In this document: positions 58,876 to 64,000 of the stretch, one piece after another
How the letters are laid out: the number at the start of each line of letters is the position of its first letter
Numbering within the stretch: the stretch's first letter is position 1
From: Corallochytrium limacisporum Hawaii
Taxonomy: Eukaryota > Protista > Pluriformea
Assembly (NCBI GenBank): GCA_002811645.1
Contig: PDIP01000060.1
Location: 1 to 64,000, forward strand
Length of the DNA: 64,000 bases
Direction of reading: 5' to 3'
Made by a program: the position numbers and the translations under genes
The notes under the pieces: model-generated
Seen by the model: only the letters and a program-made list of their open reading frames with translations
Database searches by the model: none
What the model was told of the DNA's origin: nothing

Positions 58876-61350
58876 ATGAGTGATATCATTAGCCCAACGC
58901 GGGCTGTGGTCACTCCGGCCAACAAGCGCCGTCTAATGAAGGACCTAGAGTTGCTCAAGAGCGAATCTACGACACGGTCTGCTTCACGCTCGGCACTGGG
59001 AAATCTTGGCGGTATCAACACTCCCATGCGTCAGTCCGTTGGCCTTAAAACTATTCCCAGTCCGGCCAGTGCCAAACCAATTAATCGCGCCGAGTTGCTG
59101 AAAAAGTACACTGCGGACGCACCGGTATCAATCCAGGACCAGCTCAAGGAAAATGGTGCTCAAATCCAGGAGGAACGTCAGCGGTTCAAGCGGGATCTCT
59201 CCGCCAAAGACGAACAGATCGATAGGCTTACTTACAAGATCAGCAAGCTAGAGCATGAGCTCAACAGCGCTCAGGAAGGATTTGCTGCTCTGGAGGCTGA
59301 CAAGGCTCTCCTTGAGTCAAAGGTTACCAGCCTCCGGGAGCAGAACGAAGAATTGACGGAACGCATTACCCAAGAGGCCTCTTTGGCAGACGATCAGTTT
59401 GCTCACATTCGCACCCTGGAGGGTGAGATCGTGGATCTGAAGGACCAGATTTCCATTCTTCAATCCGAGGCACAGTCCAGTTCTACCCCAATGGAGTCGG
59501 CCCCTTTCAAAGAAATTGCCGAACTCTTTGCCCGCAACGAGCGCATGGAGTCCCAGGTGCTGAACCGCATTCGTGGCATGAAACAAACTCTCCTCGCACA
59601 GAAATCAGAACTAGACGCCAAACGCGAGGCCATGAAGGTTCAGATTGAAGAGGTAAAGGCCGCTGCTTCTGCCCAATCTGAGAACAGTGAGGATATCAAG
59701 CACCTGCAGTCCGTCATTGAGGACCTGCAAAAGCAGAATGGCGACCTTATGGCACAGATGGCGGCCGTTAAGATTTCGGAGGTCGTTCCCAAGTCCGTTG
59801 TTGATGCTATTGCTTCGTCTATTGAGAATACCCCTGTCAAGGACCAGCGTGCGCTCGCTGCCAAGACCCCGGTCCCGGCGCCGGCGTCCGCAACGAAGCA
59901 GACGGAGATGCTCACCGAACTTCGGACGCAAATGGACTTCCTCGCCGAGGAGAATCGTGTCTGGCAGGAAAGCATTGAAGACTTGGAGCGTGAACTAGCG
60001 ACCGTGACCGAACAGCGCGATACTCTGAGGGAGCGTCTAACCGAGCTGGAATCCGTGGCTGCCAACTTTGAGTCCTTGCGCACGCAGACAGAGGCCACCG
60101 CCTCTGAGAACTTGGTCCTCCAGAAAGAACACACCGAACTCAAGGACTCACTGCGCAAATCCTGTGCAGAGATCGTCAGCCTTGAAGAGAAGCTCAGCGC
60201 CACCACTGCTGAGAGCAAGCGCCACGAAGGTCTGCACCGCGACGCCCTGCGTCGCATCAGTCAGCTCAGCCGTGAGACTGGTGACTTTAAACGTGCTTCG
60301 GAGGACGCCCGTCGCCATCGTCAGCAGGTCGCAGAACGGGACTGCAGGATCAATGACCTCGAGAACGAGCTCATGGCCACTGGAAAGGCCCTGAACGACA
60401 CTCTGGCCAGGTTTGACGTTGTCTGTGCCCAGTTCAGGGACAATGAAGAGTCCCGCATTGCAGATATTCAGCGTCAACTCGATGAGAGCAGCCGCGCGGT
60501 TGCCCAAATTTCCCAGGAGCGCGACCGCCTGCGCCGGGAGAACGCCGATCTGCGAGAGGAATTGGCCGAGCTGAACGAGCAGGTCGCGACGTCAAGCCCA
60601 GTCTCTCCCAACGAACTGGCCATCGCTGCCGAACAGGAAGATGATGACATAACCATGGCCTCCTTGTCGCCTAGGGAAAGTAAGAAGAGCCGCCGTGTGA
60701 CCATGTCCGGCACGGACATGATTGCCCGTCTGAATATGAAGGTTGTCAGCCAGGACGAGAGCCTGCAGGAGGCCCGTCGCGAGATCATTCGCCTGTCGGA
60801 GGAAAACGAGCGCCTCGGCGTGAGCGTTATGGAGGCTGAAGCCGAGTATAGTGCCAAGGTGGCCGAACTACAGCACCAGCTGCAGTCTGCGACCCAGGAC
60901 AACGCCGCGAAGGCAATGGAAGTGCTGGACCTGGACTCCAGCCTCGAGTCCGTGAGGTCCGTGCTGCGAGACCATGCTGACGCTCTGCGACCCATCTCCG
61001 CCCAAATGGCTCAGCTCTTGGACGGTGTGCTGGCCGCATCAAAAGTGCGCAACGCCCAGCAGCACCGGGCCATGGCCCAGGCCAACATGGCTGAGAGTGA
61101 GCGCCTGATTGAGGAGCAGTGGAAGGACGTCGGCGGCGGAAGTAACATTCACGGTGATGACGAGGATTCTACTGCCGCCAGCGAGATCCTGGTGGTGCAG
61201 CCGAAGCAGCGGCAGCAGCCGCATGACGAGGAAGAGGAGGAGGTCACCATGGGTCTGCGTGGTTTATTGGCTACCCCTCAGGCCCGCAGGCGTCCTGTTC
61301 TGCCCGCCGATCAGCGATCGCCGTCACGCATGAGCCCCATGCAACTGTAA
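58876..61350 (+). CDS. Long coiled-coil protein, probably cell-cycle regulated
   Basis: 824 aa of heptad-rich E/L/Q/K/R sequence with disordered ends. D-box-like RSALGNL, a KEN box and many S/T-P(-x-K/R) sites. Confidence 0.85.
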   Translation: MSDIISPTRAVVTPANKRRLMKDLELLKSESTTRSASRSALGNLGGINTPMRQSVGLKTIPSPASAKPINRAELLKKYTADAPVSIQDQLKENGAQIQEERQRFKRDLSAKDEQIDRLTYKISKLEHELNSAQEGFAALEADKALLESKVTSLREQNEELTERITQEASLADDQFAHIRTLEGEIVDLKDQISILQSEAQSSSTPMESAPFKEIAELFARNERMESQVLNRIRGMKQTLLAQKSELDAKREAMKVQIEEVKAAASAQSENSEDIKHLQSVIEDLQKQNGDLMAQMAAVKISEVVPKSVVDAIASSIENTPVKDQRALAAKTPVPAPASATKQTEMLTELRTQMDFLAEENRVWQESIEDLERELATVTEQRDTLRERLTELESVAANFESLRTQTEATASENLVLQKEHTELKDSLRKSCAEIVSLEEKLSATTAESKRHEGLHRDALRRISQLSRETGDFKRASEDARRHRQQVAERDCRINDLENELMATGKALNDTLARFDVVCAQFRDNEESRIADIQRQLDESSRAVAQISQERDRLRRENADLREELAELNEQVATSSPVSPNELAIAAEQEDDDITMASLSPRESKKSRRVTMSGTDMIARLNMKVVSQDESLQEARREIIRLSEENERLGVSVMEAEAEYSAKVAELQHQLQSATQDNAAKAMEVLDLDSSLESVRSVLRDHADALRPISAQMAQLLDGVLAASKVRNAQQHRAMAQANMAESERLIEEQWKDVGGGSNIHGDDEDSTAASEILVVQPKQRQQPHDEEEEEVTMGLRGLLATPQARRRPVLPADQRSPSRMSPMQL

Positions 61351-61605
61351 AAAAAGTTCTCTTTAGCCATTGCATCGTTCTCACATTCATTAAAATCATA
61401 TGTTATCTGTAGTTGCACATTGACCTAAAATGAGTATACGAAAAACAGAAGCAACGCAAGGCTTGTCGGTTCGATCATTGCACCATAACCTTGGCCGGTA
61501 TGTGTCCAGCACCATTATTTGTCAACGAAATGATATGTATGTATATTAGCATATATAAGACTATGTAAACGTAGAATGTGGTTTGATGATATGTGCAGAG
61601 ACACA

Positions 61606-64000
61606 CTAATTCGATGATTGGGACCCGGTGGTGGCGTTCGGTGCGTAGAGGTCATCTTCGGTGGTGGTGGTGGTGGTACCGCGCTTCTTCTCTTCGGAAA
61701 TGCGTGTTGGTGCACCAGTGCCGTGTGCAGATTCTAAACCCTCCATATCTGTGTAGAACTCGGGCAACTCGTGTGTCTTGGGGTAGCGGACAATGTAGTC
61801 GCTGCGATAAGTGGACATGACGGAGGGACGGAAGAGCTCGCGGTACACCGGAAGAGTTGGGTTGTATACACTCCGTTTTTCACCGCTCTCAATATCCTTG
61901 ATGGACAGTTCGACATTCTGGAGCTGGCGCCGCATCGGGCTAAGGGAGCCAGAAGAGACGTTGTCAGGGGTGTTCAGATCATGGCCGCCGAACTTCAGGT
62001 CAGAACGGCGAGGGCTTGGCTCGCGTGGATGCTTAGGGTCAAGGCCAGCCAGGCCACGGTCCATGCGAGAACTATTGTACAGGGAAGTCCAGGTGGTGGG
62101 CTTCTTGTAGAACTTCTTGGTGGTCGAAGACCAGACAAGCAGGAAGATGGGGGCAGGGATCAGCAAGGGAGCAGCAACGGGCATCTCCTTGATACCAAGC
62201 ACACCAATCATAGTCAGCTCGGCAATGAACATGGCCGCAACCATTCGATCAAACATTACGGGCCAGAGAGTACCACCAGCGTCGTACAGAGGAATATTGA
62301 CAAACATAGCCTGGTTGCGCCAGACAAAGAAGTTGATCAGGAAGTACAGACCGCTAATGAGAATCATCAGAGGGGCAATGGGGGCGTAGACGGCGAAGAA
62401 GATAAAATAGAGCAAGAAGTCGCTCAGTACGGTACCGTAGGGGATGGGACCGGGTTCGGTGGCGGCCTTGCGTCCAAATTCAGTCTTGGCCATCTTGAGC
62501 TTAATGTTGCCAATGATCAGATCCCCGAGACGAAGCAGCTCCATGGGAGTCTTAGCCAGAGCAGCCAGGAGGGTCAAATTAATAAAGGTGGAGGCCTGAC
62601 TCGGCAGGGACTCGGCCAGAGTTTCCACGATGGACGTAGGGTCGTCAATGATGGCGTTGATCTCGCTCAGGACAGAACCAGCCAGGGTAGTGATAAGGAA
62701 CACGTTGAACACGGAGAAGATGTACACCTTGCTCACAGTGCCGCGGTCCAGGTCAGAGTTGCGGAAGACACCTTCTTGGTGAGTGAGTGCCTTCATCATC
62801 GGGGGTAGGAAGGCAAAGAAGATGATCAAAGCGAGTGATGGCAAGAAACCTTCAAGGAAACCCTTAACGACGGGACTAGCGTTCGCAACGTCCTCCAGGA
62901 AGGGTAGGCGCTCGCTGAGGGACTCCAGAGTGGTCAGTGAGGACACAAAGGTAATGGGAATGGTGTAGAACAACACGATGGCAGCCACGACGGTGCCCAC
63001 AACGCATTTGCGAATCTGTCGCGATTTCAGGTTAATCTGCAGGTTTTTCCAGTTCACATCCCGGACTTCGGGGGCGGGGCTAGCAAAGTAGTTGAAGGCT
63101 GTGTCCTCCATCACAGCCTGACCAGCACAGGCGGCGGCAACATAGCTCTTGAATGTGATGAAGGCGGCAGGAACGGCAAGCTCGCCTTTCTCGGCAGCAG
63201 TGCGATCCTCCTTCAGAAGCTCGGCGACCATTTCGTCCTCCTTCTCACACCATTCCAGAGTGTCCACCTGTTCACCGCACAATCCTAAGAATCCAAGCTT
63301 GTGCCTCATGCGGGTACCCTCCCGATCCATTTGGGCCTCAGCCTCAACACGCTTCAGTCCGGCCTTATCGCGACGCTCCATGAGATCAAAGAATTGGCGC
63401 AGGTCACGTACCATGTAGACAGCCTCGACCTCTCCGGGGAAAACGGCATCCATACGACGGGTCAGCCATTCTTTGTCGCCGACGCGGTCTGCCGGGATAT
63501 CGGTGAGCAGGATGCTTGTGGAGTGAGGACGAGGGCGAAGAGAGTCCTGCTGTTTGTAGCTCAAGTACCAGCGCCATTCGTTGGAACAGAGGACAATGAA
63601 AACAATCAGATTGTAGTAGGTGACAATGAAATGGGCCCACAGGGATGGATCACCGGAGGCCACGTTGGCCATACTCAGCCTGTCAAAGTCCCCTACGTCA
63701 TTATCACCAGTGACATTAATGGGGATTAGGATGATAAAGTCAACCACGAACCAGGCCACCGCCAGACGCAAGCAGAGCTTCAGGAAGCGGCTCATCATGG
63801 TGATATCCATACCATAATTCTTGAATAGAGTGTCATCGTCGGTTAAGCAGACCAATTTGATCCACTCGAGCAGATTCTTGCCTTCCGGAGCCTTAATGCC
63901 CTTGCGCTCCATGTACTGTGATCGTTCATCCCGAGGGTAGTAGGTCTTTGGGTACTTGGGTCTTAAGATGAGAACCGCAATGACCACAATAATAGCAATG
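61606..64000 (-). CDS. CSC1/OSCA/TMEM63 calcium-permeable stress-gated channel (5' end outside window)
   Basis: GMDITMMSRFL, LIPIN, DRLSMANV, LWAHF, ILLTDIP, AAFITF, APEVRDVNWKNL, YAPIAPL, YDAGGTLWP. The frame is open to the window edge. Confidence 0.95.
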   Translation of the reverse strand, partial: IAIIVVIAVLILRPKYPKTYYPRDERSQYMERKGIKAPEGKNLLEWIKLVCLTDDDTLFKNYGMDITMMSRFLKLCLRLAVAWFVVDFIILIPINVTGDNDVGDFDRLSMANVASGDPSLWAHFIVTYYNLIVFIVLCSNEWRWYLSYKQQDSLRPRPHSTSILLTDIPADRVGDKEWLTRRMDAVFPGEVEAVYMVRDLRQFFDLMERRDKAGLKRVEAEAQMDREGTRMRHKLGFLGLCGEQVDTLEWCEKEDEMVAELLKEDRTAAEKGELAVPAAFITFKSYVAAACAGQAVMEDTAFNYFASPAPEVRDVNWKNLQINLKSRQIRKCVVGTVVAAIVLFYTIPITFVSSLTTLESLSERLPFLEDVANASPVVKGFLEGFLPSLALIIFFAFLPPMMKALTHQEGVFRNSDLDRGTVSKVYIFSVFNVFLITTLAGSVLSEINAIIDDPTSIVETLAESLPSQASTFINLTLLAALAKTPMELLRLGDLIIGNIKLKMAKTEFGRKAATEPGPIPYGTVLSDFLLYFIFFAVYAPIAPLMILISGLYFLINFFVWRNQAMFVNIPLYDAGGTLWPVMFDRMVAAMFIAELTMIGVLGIKEMPVAAPLLIPAPIFLLVWSSTTKKFYKKPTTWTSLYNSSRMDRGLAGLDPKHPREPSPRRSDLKFGGHDLNTPDNVSSGSLSPMRRQLQNVELSIKDIESGEKRSVYNPTLPVYRELFRPSVMSTYRSDYIVRYPKTHELPEFYTDMEGLESAHGTGAPTRISEEKKRGTTTTTTEDDLYAPNATTGSQSSN

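Noticed and set aside
1-64000. Stop-codon reassignment as an explanation for interrupted ORFs
   Set aside because: Intact genes end in TAA, TAG and TGA and have no internal stops, and the relics also contain frameshifts.
1-64000. tRNA, rRNA, CRISPR array, telomeric array or intact transposon
   Set aside because: No cloverleaf, rRNA signature, repeat-spacer periodicity, telomeric tandem array or RT/integrase ORF seen by eye.

Overview
Eukaryotic, essentially intron-free 64 kb window from a unicellular organism. The HMGR and copine types and the lack of introns suggest an opisthokont protist; this is inference only. The standard code is used (genes end in TAA, TAG and TGA) and there are four N gaps. 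Intact genes are a multi-pass membrane class-3 lipase whose N-terminus is split by a +1 frameshift, a secreted aerolysin/ETX-MTX2-like pore-forming protein, a bacterial-type DUF6544-like protein, three tandem AlkJ-like GMC oxidoreductases with very short mitochondrial-type presequences, a copine, a class I HMG-CoA reductase with a reduced two-helix anchor, a 96-aa microprotein, a coiled-coil protein with D-box/KEN/CDK motifs, and a 5'-truncated CSC1/OSCA channel. The ~24 kb stretch without long ORFs (32-56 kb) and several intergenic spacers are not random DNA. Stitching frames by hand recovers eroded relics of a BspA-type LRR gene, a HAD class B/C acid phosphatase, a RimJ/RimL GNAT, an F-box gene and several unassignable ORFs. 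Live genes and relics are punctuated by G/C-run plus (GA/CT/CA)n islands. The most notable overall picture is a region of high gene turnover rich in bacterial-type families, some alive and duplicated and others dead. All family assignments come from motif recognition by eye; no searches were run.
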